A DNA stretch of 64,000 nucleotides. It comes from Perkinsela sp. CCAP 1560/9 (Eukaryota; Protista; Euglenozoa: Kinetoplastea). The notes under the pieces were generated by a model. The model saw only the letters and a program-made list of their open reading frames with translations. It was not told the DNA's origin and searched no databases. Every line of letters starts with the position of its first letter. Position 1 is the stretch's first letter. Below are positions 33,701 to 45,400 of the stretch, in pieces. A program made the translations under genes and the position numbers. The DNA is taken from positions 186,001 to 250,000 of the forward strand of contig CBFFSA010000007.1 of NCBI GenBank assembly GCA_965644495.1. Direction: 5' to 3'.

Positions 33701-34109
33701 ACAAGCAGCACTTGAAGTTAGCGCTAGTACAATAGCAAATGAGATTTGGGAATTTACCCGTGGACAACAAATTTATAAAGTTCCCGAATACGCGGCACAC
33801 CTACTTTTCTTTTGCTCAGAACATGAATTGCACTATCCACCACTATTATCCGCATTGCTTGTCACACTAACCAAACATCTTGATGTTCTAGCTCCACTTC
33901 ATCTGTTGCAAATACTTCGATCATGTGTTAAACAGAAGATTAAAGACGTAACCTTTGTAGGAAAGGTGATTAGTCAATTAAATCCTGCATCACTTACTAC
34001 TGAAGAGGACCGCAACGCATACAAACAGGCGTGCACGGACCTAGGCTTTAACCCAAATTTTGCAAAATACAAGAGTAGTCCAGCGCATCGCACCCGTCAT
34101 AAACATTAG
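30753..34109 (+). CDS. Large hypothetical Leu-rich (probably helical) protein, possibly mitochondrial
   Basis: About 1118-aa ORF, Arg/Ser-rich N-terminus. Confidence 0.75.
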   Translation: MSGLYLRRSANTSLWPRKLILGVPHRTYCSAYLQRRIFPSGVGGALQQKLHVFLEQQHISPMRASEIRSMAEVTVVSAKLTKVSLKTLCDLLVSLRKLGIQKDSPSIRRIIKNVVHRLENPDPEDIVCLTKIGKFSEASHVVNSLRTASAPSSQFWEKEIPRCEIKWLSSACQFLEIYYYRYPQYSTTLMDIKKQPLRVSCRIRGELEKLKTLVLRRLKMLLEASDAFPDLIDRACSFAYNLQTALFFHELNSLHLLFDLRLKRDCPSMQEFSKFLDSTTPILEVRYKSLRKESSVKWTSGARYFLNIFLTSVFEHIHLLTSVSDDDFPIDEWTTLISIVGTLLEFEFLEQERRAPCNSSTSVTYTSINSEDLTDNACSKPFKPVNTVERVTKYCVLCKRILYIVRDRLNASSLSLHPTGSATYVEEMGVWLDRGCPKDDYRFRSLHLLFQRDKMLQTQLSDVILKLGKRILELGSRKEKELNVHHASHEKALETSLKNFSLSLTPFDGNRNRWSREFVTWLPHASLQDLLSLIKLNLFTLNEVLFAKATHIEDRGDHKDPQVSRMVWECLFDALLDKTNLCTVTLAPDQYVHLVTYLYYVGENCNWQSVIQILRNVKFSAVPSRFSKTNVEIPKSKFYEPYPLEFWIALNHVHVLEDPTAQVYNKRKSAVSREVYQHFWAHGILWLQSLTIDKPNPLVLSIILTWQVRFDLSATLSPSTDSNSFERSIHDVICSTIPFLQTADLDMILYVVQDWETQHKKDVSTKISKRLRACFNEMKTSLSPKQNGTRVEQNSTSRAICGVLNTMLTLQCLPEVPVLLELTKDVVGNAFLEEKETKNHSCRDVSDSTLELQHVVLLLEAFLHCADYLDKDIPGTSSCMGQNAMNVPCKLQMMFYQALLRSSCTEVPIIVRVRGLSLLLRHKTIDKKILKNILSILFINLGDSKIEIRDAKSASRTPEIQTQNAHAKGVCRLVPHFYVLCLLQAALEVSASTIANEIWEFTRGQQIYKVPEYAAHLLFFCSEHELHYPPLLSALLVTLTKHLDVLAPLHLLQILRSCVKQKIKDVTFVGKVISQLNPASLTTEEDRNAYKQACTDLGFNPNFAKYKSSPAHRTRHKH

Positions 34110-34272
34110 CTCGTGCGGCTTACACTTTTGAGAAACGGGCGCCTTTTTTTGCTGAGGACTCAATTACTACGTTCTTTCAACCGGAAAATTGGTTTCTATT
34201 CTTGCATAATGATAATGTCGGCCACCAATGATTGTCCGGTGGGCTTCATTTACATGTTCTAACTTCTTTCTG

Positions 34273-35460
34273 GGTTAAAGTAAAGGAAAATTCGCCTTTT
34301 TTGAAAAAGAAATTTCTTCACACCCTAGTTTACACCCTTGAAATCTACCCTTGCATTTCTTAGTACAGTGCCACACACTATCCTCTAATTCCATTTCTTT
34401 TGGTGATGAGTGTGTCCTTTTTCCACAGAAATCCCTTCTCGTGACAAGCCCGTGGCTTCGACTTGCTCGCACTGTGCTTCTGTCCGGCGTGATATACGGC
34501 TGAGGGTGAACTTTCTTCGAGAAGCGAACCCCCGACACCCCTGGCATACCATAGAAAATAACGGAAAATGGGTATACAATAGTCATATACAGGGGGGGGT
34601 CACCAATTTCCGGGGGGTGTCTAAAATTTGTGTCGTGTGAGCTTTTGACCTAATTCCTTCGGCATTCAACAGATCTCGAAATTCTAAGCTGTTTTGCGCT
34701 ATAAAAAGTATCATAAAAAACCAAACGACTATATGAGAAATTTTTAAAAGTAGGGTCAGAATTGTGCAAATTATTCGAAATATTACGAAAATTCATAATT
34801 TATGCTGTATAATTGTTGATATAAAGAGAGATTCAGTCTACAAGTGTAACAAACTATTTATTTATGGACAATGCCCCCGGCCATGGGCATGCCCGCCGAG
34901 TCGTACGTGACATGGGAATTGAAATCCCCGACTGGCCGGCCAAGTCACCAGATCTAAATCTTATTGAAAATTTATGGAGTATGATGGATCATCATGTTAA
35001 GTTTCATCTTCGACCCACTAATCGTACGGAATTACAAGTATCGATACGTAAAGCTTTAGATTATCTTTTAAAGGATATGAAGGCAGCGTATGAAAACAAT
35101 TTGAAAAGTTTTCCGTCCCGAATTAGGCTTCTTAGAGAAAAAAATGGAGGTTCAATACTAAAATAGTTCGCCCAAAAAAATCTGCAAATTCTTGAAAATC
35201 TCAATTCTGTCATGTCCAGAATTCTTCATATATAATTTTTAAGATGGGTTTTTATAGCGCAAAACAGCTTAGAATTTCGAGATCTGTTGAATACCGAAGG
35301 AATTAGGTCAAAAGCTCACACGACACAAATTTTAGACCCCCCCTGGAAATTGGTGACCCCCCCTGTACAGTATTATGTACCTAGGTAATGTCCTTTTGTC
35401 GAAAAGAAAAAGGTCAAGCTAAAAAGTCTTAAGAAAAGCGAATTTTCCTTTACTTTCACC
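34273..35460. mobile_element. Non-autonomous Merlin-type element with 8-bp TSD
   Basis: TIR GGT[T/G]AAAGTAAAGGAAAATTCGC at both ends; exact TSD TCTTTCTG at 34265-34272 and 35461-35468. Confidence 0.8.
34590..35365 (+). mobile_element. Internally deleted Tc1/mariner element nested in the Merlin-type element
   Basis: About 120-bp TIRs (CAG, G-run, TCACCAATTTCC), TA TSD; transposase C-terminal fragment 34864-35166 (MDNAPGH, SPDLNLIENLW). Confidence 0.92.
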
Positions 35461-35582
35461 TCTTTCTGTAATAGTATCGCAATAGTAATAATATCGCAAA
35501 GATTACTGTATACGTTTTTCGTGAACAAGTTTACTAAGTCATATTTTATCCCAGTCGTTTTCCCAATTTTCTTTAATTCTCA

Positions 35583-36503
35583 ATGCTACGTCGATTAGCC
35601 TGCCGCCTTAACCCACGGAATACCTTATCTATTCCCATAAGAATAACCGAATCCGATATCAATGCGGCTGTGCACTCAAGTTCTGAACATTTACAACAAT
35701 TTCCTTTAAATTCAGGGAAACGAAGGTGGACAGAAATCGACGTGGTGGCTCGAGAGAAGTGGTGCGAGTTCTTCACGACGACAGCACTGACATATCCCCC
35801 GAAACGGAATATTGCAGAAGCACAAAAAACTTCTGATGAAACTGTAATAGACAGACATTCTCCTTCTTTATTTTGGGGGACGTTTTTTAGTGTGTCACAA
35901 GTAATGGATAAGTACGAAACGCTTGTAGGCTATGCGTTGAAATTGGGTCAATTTCGCCGTGAGTTGGAGCTAAGAACGTTCCCTCTTCGGGACGCCCTCC
36001 GCCTGAAGAGATGTTCCGCCCAGGAGCTCGCATCCAAACAACGGGAATTGGAAGCTCTTGTGAAAGAAATGGGTGAGTTGGAAGCCGAAAAGACACAGTA
36101 CGCGGCAAAGTACTTTGACACGTCTGTGTACAATTCCTTGATCAATTTGATGAGACTTTTTGGTGAAACAAATCCGCATGCTACCTCCTACGCGCTTCAG
36201 ATTTTGGATGACATGACGGCTTTGTCTATTCCTTTTGATGAGACAACTCAGTTACTTTTGAGGAGTCTTACTTTTGGTGATGATGACAGCCACAATTCTG
36301 ACGCGCTCTTCTCCCTCGTGGAATTTCCGGAGATGGGCCAAGTTACAAATAAGCTTGATTCGGTGGAAAAATTGGCCCGTGATTCCATAAGGACGATCTC
36401 CCGCAGGCACAACCTCCCGATAACAGAAGGTGCTTACCAACAAGATAAGGGGACACATCCCTTACTGCCTCGAACACCTGAAGGAGCGGAACAAGAAATA
36501 TAA
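35583..36503 (+). CDS. Hypothetical protein, likely mitochondrial
   Basis: MLRRL presequence typical of kinetoplastid mitochondrial proteins; central coiled coil. Confidence 0.7.
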   Translation: MLRRLACRLNPRNTLSIPIRITESDINAAVHSSSEHLQQFPLNSGKRRWTEIDVVAREKWCEFFTTTALTYPPKRNIAEAQKTSDETVIDRHSPSLFWGTFFSVSQVMDKYETLVGYALKLGQFRRELELRTFPLRDALRLKRCSAQELASKQRELEALVKEMGELEAEKTQYAAKYFDTSVYNSLINLMRLFGETNPHATSYALQILDDMTALSIPFDETTQLLLRSLTFGDDDSHNSDALFSLVEFPEMGQVTNKLDSVEKLARDSIRTISRRHNLPITEGAYQQDKGTHPLLPRTPEGAEQEI

Positions 36504-37011
36504 AACGCGTCTTCGAGTACGTAAGTCTCGCGTATCAAAAAGTACCTGCGTCATGTGAACAGTTTTCATGAGTTTACATTGATTTCTGGCCGCAGAGTCG
36601 TTAAATACAATTTTTTATCAACAGTGCCTAAGTATTGAACAGCTATTTTTGTACACCTGATATTGAATCTCTATGAAGCCTACGCGTTTAATGATTTTAA
36701 AGATTCTAAAGGCAATAAAACACTGACTTTTTTGAATGTAGTATTGGAAAATTATAAATATACAGATCCCCTGTCCTCCGAGTCTTCTGTCTGATAATGA
36801 ACGGGAACAAATTTTACCGACCCTATGAACTTTTTACATGTATAAGTTGAACCAGTACACCTACCCTGTTGGTTGAGTCGAAGAAAGCTTTTTCTAACGA
36901 GATAATCGTTAAATATAGATCACGTTTTTCCCTATTAAGCTGTTCTATTTTGTTGTATCAATTCCGTACTTCCAGTATCCCGATATTTACATCTACTCCT
37001 ACTGCCCGCAA

Positions 37012-38109
37012 ATGGCTACGCATCCCGCAGAAAATGCGACTCACTTCCCTAACGTCGATATAGAGCGGCTAAATCGTTTAATGGCAGAAGAAAGAAATCT
37101 TGCAGATGGGGTGGGGCGTGACTGGAGTACTTTTTCGGACGATATTAATGAATCCTTCGTACGAGAAATGGATCAGATATTTAGCTTCATAGAGAAACGC
37201 AGAAACTATACTGAAGAAAAACTCCAAGAATACGGATCGGTCGAGGTCAAGATGCCTAGCCCTGCCTATGGAAATATTAATATAAAACCAAATTCCGTGC
37301 TTTCGCATGCAGAACAAAAGACGAATAGAAGTTATGAAACCGAACCGCATGTGACACATAACTCCATAAATATAAGTGAGAAGCGGGGTGCAAAGACTTC
37401 AGCACAGAGCACAACGTCCAGAACAGATCAGCTCAAGTTCGATCAAACCGTCGAGCCAGTAATTCATGGCAAATGTATTGATATAATGCAAAAGAACAGT
37501 CAAGAAGACACCGTTCGAGTCAAACTTCGCTTATTGATCAAGTCCCCAGATTCTAACACGCTAAAACGCCGGGACATCGTAGAACAGTTTAGCAACAATT
37601 GCACCATTCAGAATTTAATTAAGTTCATCATAAAATCTATTGACAATAACCAGAAGCCGAGTTCGAATAATAGCAACCAGAGAGCTTGTGCTGAAAGATC
37701 AGTGTTGCCGAAAGTGACGAAAATTCAACACGCTGCCACAAAGAAAGCTATATTTTCTTCTGAGAACGATGCTGCTGATTTGCAATCGAGCTTACATGAC
37801 TTCGAAATTTTGTCAAACTCACTTCTTTTAGTAGATATTGAGGATCCAGAAACATCAAACAGAGTTCCTTCTCTTGCAAAAGCAGCCAAGCAGGTGAGCG
37901 ACGGATTTTGGGGAGCTGTGCGTTCAGTGAATCCTGTTGCGTCACTTGTTTCACGTAACACAAATTCATCTAAGCCTTCAACGCACACTCAAATTCACGA
38001 ACCAAAAGCGTTTATGACACTCTCTGATCTTAAAAAAGAAGATGAGAAAGCGAATAAGAATAGTAAGCAAACTTTCTACAATGGTACCAACACGGAATTC
38101 GAAGAATAA
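37012..38109 (+). CDS. Hypothetical protein with possible UBX/ubiquitin-like domain
   Basis: 365 aa; C-terminal FMTLSDL..QTFYNGTNTEF resembles UBXN4-type tails. Confidence 0.55.
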   Translation: MATHPAENATHFPNVDIERLNRLMAEERNLADGVGRDWSTFSDDINESFVREMDQIFSFIEKRRNYTEEKLQEYGSVEVKMPSPAYGNINIKPNSVLSHAEQKTNRSYETEPHVTHNSINISEKRGAKTSAQSTTSRTDQLKFDQTVEPVIHGKCIDIMQKNSQEDTVRVKLRLLIKSPDSNTLKRRDIVEQFSNNCTIQNLIKFIIKSIDNNQKPSSNNSNQRACAERSVLPKVTKIQHAATKKAIFSSENDAADLQSSLHDFEILSNSLLLVDIEDPETSNRVPSLAKAAKQVSDGFWGAVRSVNPVASLVSRNTNSSKPSTHTQIHEPKAFMTLSDLKKEDEKANKNSKQTFYNGTNTEFEE

Positions 38110-38173
38110 TCTGTAGCTATACCACATAACCATTTTACTTAATTGCTGTGCTATTTTAAATTCTTTTTGTACC

Positions 38174-39139
38174 ATGGAAGATGACACTATAAAACACGGA
38201 AACGCCAAAACATTTTCCCTCTCCTCGTTTTTTTCACTACTTAAAATGTATTCAAGCAACATCGGAATGTCCGCAGCAAAACCTTTCTCTTCTCATCCCC
38301 TCGACAGCTCTGGGCCAAGATTAGACCCCCGACTCCCCCCGTGGGACCGACGTCCCCCCGCGGGGCACTACCCCACTACCGCACCCGTCACCTTTGCCAC
38401 CCATCTGGGCGCACCCTCCCTCCCCGAGGAGAACACCTGCCCGTTCTTCTTAAAAACAGGCGCGTGTAAATACGAGGAGTTGTGTAACCGTCACCATCCC
38501 CGACCGGAGGTCTCCAAGACGATTCTGATTCCTCACATGTATTTAAACCTCCGTGCCCGGACCCTGCGGGATGTCCACGGCCAGTCCTACCGCTACACCG
38601 AGTCCTTTCTCCAACAAAGAATGGAGAGGTTCTATGAGGACGTGTGGTTGGAAGCCTCACTGCTGGGGGAGGTGGAAGAGATGATGATGGTGAAAAACAC
38701 AGGCGAACATCTCTTGGGAAATGTCTACCTGAGGTTTACCACAATACAACACGCCACGCGCGCGATGAAGTACATGCGGGGACGTAGTTTTGAGGGCCGT
38801 GTGTTGGTGCCAGAATACTCCCCGGTACAGAGTTTTCAGGAAGCACTTTGTAAACTAAGTGAGGAAGGACAGTGTAAGTTCTCCGAGAATCACACTTGTA
38901 ATTTTCTGCACGTGGAGCAGCCCGGTGCGGAACTGCAGGAGCGGTTGATCCGTACAGGATCGCTTCACTGGCGTCGCAAGAATCGAGACACCACACGCGC
39001 CGAGAATGAGGGAAGCGACGATGGAGTTCTCGAACTTCCGTGCTTTATTTGCGGAGAAACAGGACATATTGCTCGCAAATGTCCCGCAGCTCGACAGCAA
39101 AGGGAGACGCTCGCGGAAGCGGCTGCCAAAGAGAGTTGA
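38174..39139 (+). CDS. U2AF35: U2AF small subunit, kinetoplastid type
   Basis: CPFFLKTGACKY..CNRHH, UHM EHLLGNVY, second CCCH, extra C-terminal CCHC knuckle (CFICGETGHIARKC); canonical RWF reads RSF; true start may be a downstream ATG. Confidence 0.92.
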   Translation: MEDDTIKHGNAKTFSLSSFFSLLKMYSSNIGMSAAKPFSSHPLDSSGPRLDPRLPPWDRRPPAGHYPTTAPVTFATHLGAPSLPEENTCPFFLKTGACKYEELCNRHHPRPEVSKTILIPHMYLNLRARTLRDVHGQSYRYTESFLQQRMERFYEDVWLEASLLGEVEEMMMVKNTGEHLLGNVYLRFTTIQHATRAMKYMRGRSFEGRVLVPEYSPVQSFQEALCKLSEEGQCKFSENHTCNFLHVEQPGAELQERLIRTGSLHWRRKNRDTTRAENEGSDDGVLELPCFICGETGHIARKCPAARQQRETLAEAAAKES

Positions 39140-39444
39140 AGGAACGTTTTTGGCTATCAAAAATTACAATTGCAGATTTCGGTTCAATGTTTCGGACAAG
39201 AAGTACTTTCGTAAGGTAACGTATGGAAATATTGAAATAACGGGTTGAATGACAGACAGTATGATTAGAATCATTCAAGACTCAGCCTTACGATGGCATC
39301 GTAAGCCTCGGAATTTTAGAGGCGTAGCACCTTTCACATACAATTGTATATTTCAAAACTACTGTTGTAAAGTACCGGATGAACATCTGAAAACTAGTAT
39401 TATTTGTAGCTGTACTTTATCGATGTAAAATTTGAATTCCGTGG

Positions 39445-41103
39445 ATGTTTCCACAAATTCATTGTCCCATGTTCCATTCAAAACCGAATTTTTCCATCCT
39501 TCGAGGTCTGTGCAGAACATTTGTGGGGCTTGTTCATGATCGCCCATTGTCCCCACAGGAAAAGATTGAAGAACGAGTGATCGCACCGCGCCATTCGCCT
39601 TCTTCAATGCAAAGCCACTCGGAGGTGATCTCTGATCGTCTCAAACTGTACGCTAAAGACAGTAAAGATCAGACAACCGAAGTTGAATCGAGTATAGAAA
39701 AGTCTCGTCAAACTCAAAGCCCAATTCCAGATGGGCTCTCATCGACAGCTGCATCCGTTCCGACCTCTAGTTGGGCACGAGGAGGTCTCTTCGGAGTATT
39801 GGCTGTACGACTTGCAGCAGATTATTTACGAAGACCTTTGGAGCGCGGATCGAACGGTTTAAACCAACAGCGCTTCACACCTTCTGCACACAAACATATC
39901 GTAGAAACGTTGTGCCACATGCGAGGTGCTACTTTAAAACTAGCACAAATGTTTTCGATACAGGAGGATTCGGTGATTCCTTCTGCAGCTTTAGAGGTTT
40001 TTACTCGTGTACGGGACGCCGCTGTGTACATGCCGCAAACTCAAATGGAGAGCTTGTTAAACAAGGAATTAGGCAAGGCCTGGAAGGAACGCTGTGATGT
40101 TGATGAATTTCATTCGGTTCCATTTGCTGCAGCCAGTATTGGACAGGTTCACTACTGTGTAGCGCGGGGAAAAAGATTTGCCGTAAAAGTACAATTTCCC
40201 GGGGTTCGAGAATCGATTCGTAATGACACTGCCAACATTCGCCGTCTTTCCTTTCTAAAGCTACTTCCACCCGGACTTTTTGTTGGTTCTCTTCTGGATT
40301 CATTAGAAAAGGAATTAGAAAGTGAGTGTAATTATACTTCTGAGGCTTTAATGCAAAACACGTATCGTTCTTATATGCAACGTGACCCGGATTTAAGTTT
40401 GTATATAGCCCCGTTGCGATTGATTGTTCCAGAGATAAATTCTGACATGAGTACTTCCAAGGTTCTTACATCATCTTTTTGTGACGGGAAAGCTATCGAT
40501 AAGATGATTCCTCTCCTATCACAAGACGAGAAGGACTTAATTGGTCGAACAATTATTTTCTTAACGATGAAAGAACTTTTTCACTGGAAATTTATGCAAA
40601 CGGATCCCAATTTTGCCAATTTTTTGTTTAACCGTGAGCGACGCGAATTGCAATTGATTGATTTTGGGGCAACAAGGTCATATCGAGAAGATTTCGTATC
40701 ACGATACCATCAAATTGTTTCGGCTGGCTCTAGAGGTAGTAAAGAGGAAATAATTCATCATAGTATTGCTCTAGGACTACTTACAGGGGAGGAAAGCAAA
40801 CAAATGATGGACGCACACTGTACATCTGTTATGATTCTAGCTCGTCCTTATCGTTGTGAAGGAGTTTTCGACTTTGCGGCCGAAAGAGTTTCGCAATTGC
40901 TCACTCCCCATGTAAAGATCATGCTTGCACACCGGCTACGCCCTCCACCACTAGAGGTCTACTCACTCCATCGAAGACTGAGCGGGGCATTTCTACTTTG
41001 CGCCCGGCTGAACGCCAGGGTTAATGTCCATCACATGTGGGAACATCATTTTTCGAATTACAAGGAAATGTGCGCGAACTTTAATTTCGAAGACTGTAAT
41101 TAG
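39445..41103 (+). CDS. COQ8: ABC1/COQ8 atypical kinase
   Basis: MRGATLKLAQ, PFAAASIGQVH, AVKVQFPGV, FMQTDPNFANF, LIDFGA. Confidence 0.93.
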   Translation: MFPQIHCPMFHSKPNFSILRGLCRTFVGLVHDRPLSPQEKIEERVIAPRHSPSSMQSHSEVISDRLKLYAKDSKDQTTEVESSIEKSRQTQSPIPDGLSSTAASVPTSSWARGGLFGVLAVRLAADYLRRPLERGSNGLNQQRFTPSAHKHIVETLCHMRGATLKLAQMFSIQEDSVIPSAALEVFTRVRDAAVYMPQTQMESLLNKELGKAWKERCDVDEFHSVPFAAASIGQVHYCVARGKRFAVKVQFPGVRESIRNDTANIRRLSFLKLLPPGLFVGSLLDSLEKELESECNYTSEALMQNTYRSYMQRDPDLSLYIAPLRLIVPEINSDMSTSKVLTSSFCDGKAIDKMIPLLSQDEKDLIGRTIIFLTMKELFHWKFMQTDPNFANFLFNRERRELQLIDFGATRSYREDFVSRYHQIVSAGSRGSKEEIIHHSIALGLLTGEESKQMMDAHCTSVMILARPYRCEGVFDFAAERVSQLLTPHVKIMLAHRLRPPPLEVYSLHRRLSGAFLLCARLNARVNVHHMWEHHFSNYKEMCANFNFEDCN

Positions 41104-41311
41104 AAATAATGAAAACAGTTACGCGCTTTGCTCCCCATAAGTTCAGAAAAATTAAAGTATGCGATGGATTTAGCTCCTTATGTCTACATAATTAAACACA
41201 AGTTTTGACTCAATACATGTAGATTGTTAGCCACTCATAAGTACAGTAACTCATAGCCAATAAGGGTTACGCTGATGTTTTACCTTTTAGCACCTTTTAC
41301 CATGCGGTGAA

Positions 41312-42238
41312 ATGAAAAGTTTCTGTTCGATCAATCCACCCTGTAGGTCGAGTCTGTATGTAGTTTTGCAAGAATCTTGCATTCGTCGAATAGCGTTTCG
41401 AGGAAGAACTAACAAAAACGGAGGGAGCAAACCTTTCGAGAATGATACTGAAACTGTTCTAAAGTGTAGTGAGGAAGGGAAAGCCTCGGGATCTAGCGAC
41501 AGACTTTCTGATCAGGAGATTCCATATGCAACGCTTGATGACAATTCGTTACGCAGCTGTACGAGTCGCGCGCCTGATACACCTCTTCGTGAAATCGCGA
41601 CCAAGGGAGATGAACCATATGGCAGGGAAGTACTGCAGAGCAAAAATAGCTCGTTTATTGGGTCTCTTATTCCAAATTTTCGTCCATTTCCGTTTCGTGG
41701 TTCGGAAGTGTTACACCTCTATCGAAGCTTTTGGCGAGTGCTTCATCGCCTCCCTCTTGATGAGCAAGCGGAGGCGAAGCATAAATTGCGGGAACGATTT
41801 CGCCAAGGACGCAGATTGATAGGAGCGAAACGAATTAACGCAGCTCTGCAGCGGGGATATGGCCAATTGGAGTACTGGAAGACATACGTGAATGACCATG
41901 AAGTGAGAAAAGAAATAGGGAATCTCGAACCCTTGCGTTCTAGGATGACTGACATAAAAGTATCAAGAACACAATATAGCGTGGTTAGCGCGTTGGAATC
42001 ATACTTTCAGGGGAAGGTGTCTGCGGATAAGGTAGTGGATGAAACCAGAGAAGGGGGCAGTTATACTCGAGAAATTGAGTACCAAAATATTCCTTGCGAT
42101 CACATGTGGGAACGGGCTCGCAAAGAGTTAGGGAATACAATACCCGGAATTCATACAAAAGGAAGCATCCGGCTTCATGAAACACAAAGCTGTCGAATGC
42201 AGGAATATCGCGAAGTATCACCAATCAGACCCTACTAA
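41312..42238 (+). CDS. LYR-motif-containing protein
   Basis: VLHLYRSFWR...LRERFR...I.AAL..G. Confidence 0.7.
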   Translation: MKSFCSINPPCRSSLYVVLQESCIRRIAFRGRTNKNGGSKPFENDTETVLKCSEEGKASGSSDRLSDQEIPYATLDDNSLRSCTSRAPDTPLREIATKGDEPYGREVLQSKNSSFIGSLIPNFRPFPFRGSEVLHLYRSFWRVLHRLPLDEQAEAKHKLRERFRQGRRLIGAKRINAALQRGYGQLEYWKTYVNDHEVRKEIGNLEPLRSRMTDIKVSRTQYSVVSALESYFQGKVSADKVVDETREGGSYTREIEYQNIPCDHMWERARKELGNTIPGIHTKGSIRLHETQSCRMQEYREVSPIRPY

Positions 42239-42362
42239 TAAAATAGAACTAATGCTCGAATTCTACAGTTTACGAAATCTCTCCAACTACATGTAATTGT
42301 AGAATACGAAAACTAGCCAATCGCATAGCACTGTTTCCGATCGCATATCAACTGACTATTAA

Positions 42363-42417
42363 ATCTTACATTGGCATTCTTACATTTGACATTCTTACAT
42401 TTGGTATTCTTACATTT
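42363..42417. repeat. Tandem repeat, about 15-bp unit (ttcttacatttg..a) x4
   Basis: Directly visible copies. Confidence 0.8.
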
Positions 42418-42469
42418 CGGTTTATTAACCTGGTCTTTTTACGTGTACTACATGTGACGCAAACGTACC

Positions 42470-45400
42470 ATGCGAGATAAATTGGGACAAAACCCCCCGA
42501 GCACACTCCTTATTCTAGCCTACCAACGCACGAACTAGATTTTTCTGGTCCTCCCCTGTTCGGCGATCCACCGTTTGACACGGATCCCCTTTTTATAGCT
42601 GCAGACGGTCCATTCTACCCCGAAGTGTATGCCAATGATCCAAATTTCTTTACTGGGCCCCCTCCATTTCATGACTCGGAGTTTGATCCATACCAATCGT
42701 TGTCAGATTATCAGCTTCCTCCTCCGGATTGGCACGCATCACCGCGTCCGTTTTACAGGGCATCTACGAGAAGAGGGCGACGTTCAAGCTATCAACATCT
42801 GAGGAAGATCTCTCGCTGTCGAACATCCGGAGGGGCCATGCCCGAATCAAATCATCAGTCCAATAGTAGTAGTAGTAGTCGTACGTCAAAGGAAAGTATA
42901 TTTACAGATGCATTTGAAAGACTTGCACGTTTAGATGCTGATGTTATGTGGGCGAAATGTCATATAATGACTGATTTTGCGACAAAGCTTTTAGATTTTA
43001 TTGCTATTCAAGACGTTTCGCAGACGCTTTCAAGATTGAAGGAGAAATTTGGATCTACAGATCTTGTTACACTTCTACTTCGAATAGCATTGAATCCAGA
43101 GGATACCATACAAGAGAGCTCTTTTGGCCCAAAGCATAGCAGTATCTTTCACACTGCATCTGCGATGCTATACAAATTTTGAAAAGCATTTCTGGATTGA
43201 AAACAACTTTGAGCCCCTAATAGAAGCTCTTGAGTTCATAAAATCACAGTATACTAAACTATTGTGCGAAGAATGCTCTTCGTTAACAAAAACGTTGAGA
43301 TACTGGGAAGGTAAGATCAATATTTTCTGCAAAGTTTGCGCCCTTTTGGTGCATCTGGTAAATATCGCAGTTTCTATATTCACCAGCCAGCCGATTATTA
43401 TTGAGGAAAGGGATGCAGGCGATCAACCATTGTGCAGTGCTCATCATTTTAACGGAGTTTTGAGGTTTACACAGGCATGGCGATCATCCTGCGAATGTTC
43501 TCCAACGTTTGAGATACTAGAAAATATGCTAATAAGTCTTGTATCTTCTGAAAAAAAGAAAGAACCTTCCTCCTGATACGCTTTGTATCGCTCTACTAGA
43601 TACTCTGCAATGCATGCGGTTACTGCTTCCTACCATTGAAAAATACGGACATACTGACAGTCATTGGTCCGAGGAAATTGAGTTCGATCTGAAAGGCCTA
43701 CTTTTCTTAGAGTTTCCCGTTAGTTTGTTATGCCCCGAACTTCTTTTCTTCTTACCGATACGTGTCGTATCTCTCTACATACATTTGGGCGTTGCGTGGG
43801 ATCAATTTTCTGCACGAGGCGCCGGCCATGGAGCGACCACGAGCGAGTTCAATCCGCTTACCCCTCGTATTCTTTCTTTAGCAAACCAGGTCATATCTCT
43901 GATAAATTTTCGAGTAAACCCCGAACTGTTCAACTTAAGCCCACAGAGAAACGAATTAAGTGAAACAAATTCCGCCTTAAACCTCCTATCTAATATGATG
44001 GACATAAAAAATTATCGCGTTCACGGCAACGCTACCATTTTTTCCCTATACCGCATTCAGCTAGCCACACTAGTGGAAGGAGCCGTTACTTTGTTGTTCT
44101 GTTCATTTACACAGCAAGAGATGACCATCTTTTCGCGGACCTCTCGGTGCTTAGGATCTGACATTGAATTCTTCAGCTCGAAATCTGATACAACAGAAGC
44201 TTTTGATAAATTTATGAGCGAGCACGTAACTGATATGTTTTATCTCTTGAGCTTATTGAGGAACCAAGAAAAAGGAGTGAATTGCGAGAAACTAACCAAG
44301 GCAACGTCAAGCGCAACGGATACGTACTGTGGTCTCGAAACATCTGACTTATTACCTTGTCAAAGAACTGCAGTTACTTTGATTCGACCGTTTCATTCGT
44401 TGAGTGTAACGGAATTTAGGAAACTGATAGAACAACTTTTCCGTGTGTGGTTTGTTTATACACTGACAAGAGTAGATATACAGTGCAAGAGTAGATATAC
44501 AAACTGTCACCTCGAATAACCTTGATTACCGTACATGCATTGGAGACAATGATTCTCCGATTACAGCATGGTACGGCAAAAAAATTTTTTGCACGCTAAA
44601 AAATGCGTCCATGTGCCCGCCTTGTGGGTTTAGTCTGGAGGATTCTTGTTGCCTATTTGTTGAAAACATAGCAGCAATCTTTCTCACTAGGCAATCTGAA
44701 TCACAACATTTGTGTGCCTTCTCTGATAGCTCGGGGAGCTAATGTTTGCTTAATGTATTGGTAGGACTCGTAACATTTTTTCACTGTTTACCCCAGCACT
44801 ACACAAGCATCCTTCAACTTCCATCAACTTTTTCATTCATCCAGAAAGCACTTGATGCAGTAGAACTATCCAGTATGCATATTCCCCAGACTTCAGAATC
44901 TTGTACAGCTGAACGCTTATTAGTTGAGTTGTTTCAGTTCCCTGTGATGCATTGTTTAACGAGTTGCGAAGTCACTGTGAACGAAATTCTTGAAAATGCG
45001 ATTGATTTCACTGCAAGAACTGTCACTCATGTTGACAGCTTGCTCTGTCTATCAAGTTTCATGAAAATACATGAAATGGTCACAATTCTCTCTTCGCAAA
45101 TATTACGTATCATGTGTCATCTTGATCATCAAAGGTACGTGCTGCTGAGTACAGCGAACGTTATCCTTTCATTGCAGTGGTGCGTCCGTGTATCAACGGA
45201 CCTTTTAAACGCTTTTTGGCCTAATAGGATTGTAAGCGCTACTGGTGAGATGCTAGGGGGATTGTTGCAATATGTTTGCGAAGTGCTCACAATTCCCAAT
45301 TTGTTCAGTGCAACGGCACAACCTCAAATAGACCATATTTCTTCTAAGAGTAACCCTATTCTGTTGGAATTTGAAAGAATTCGGCTTGAGTTAAAATGGG

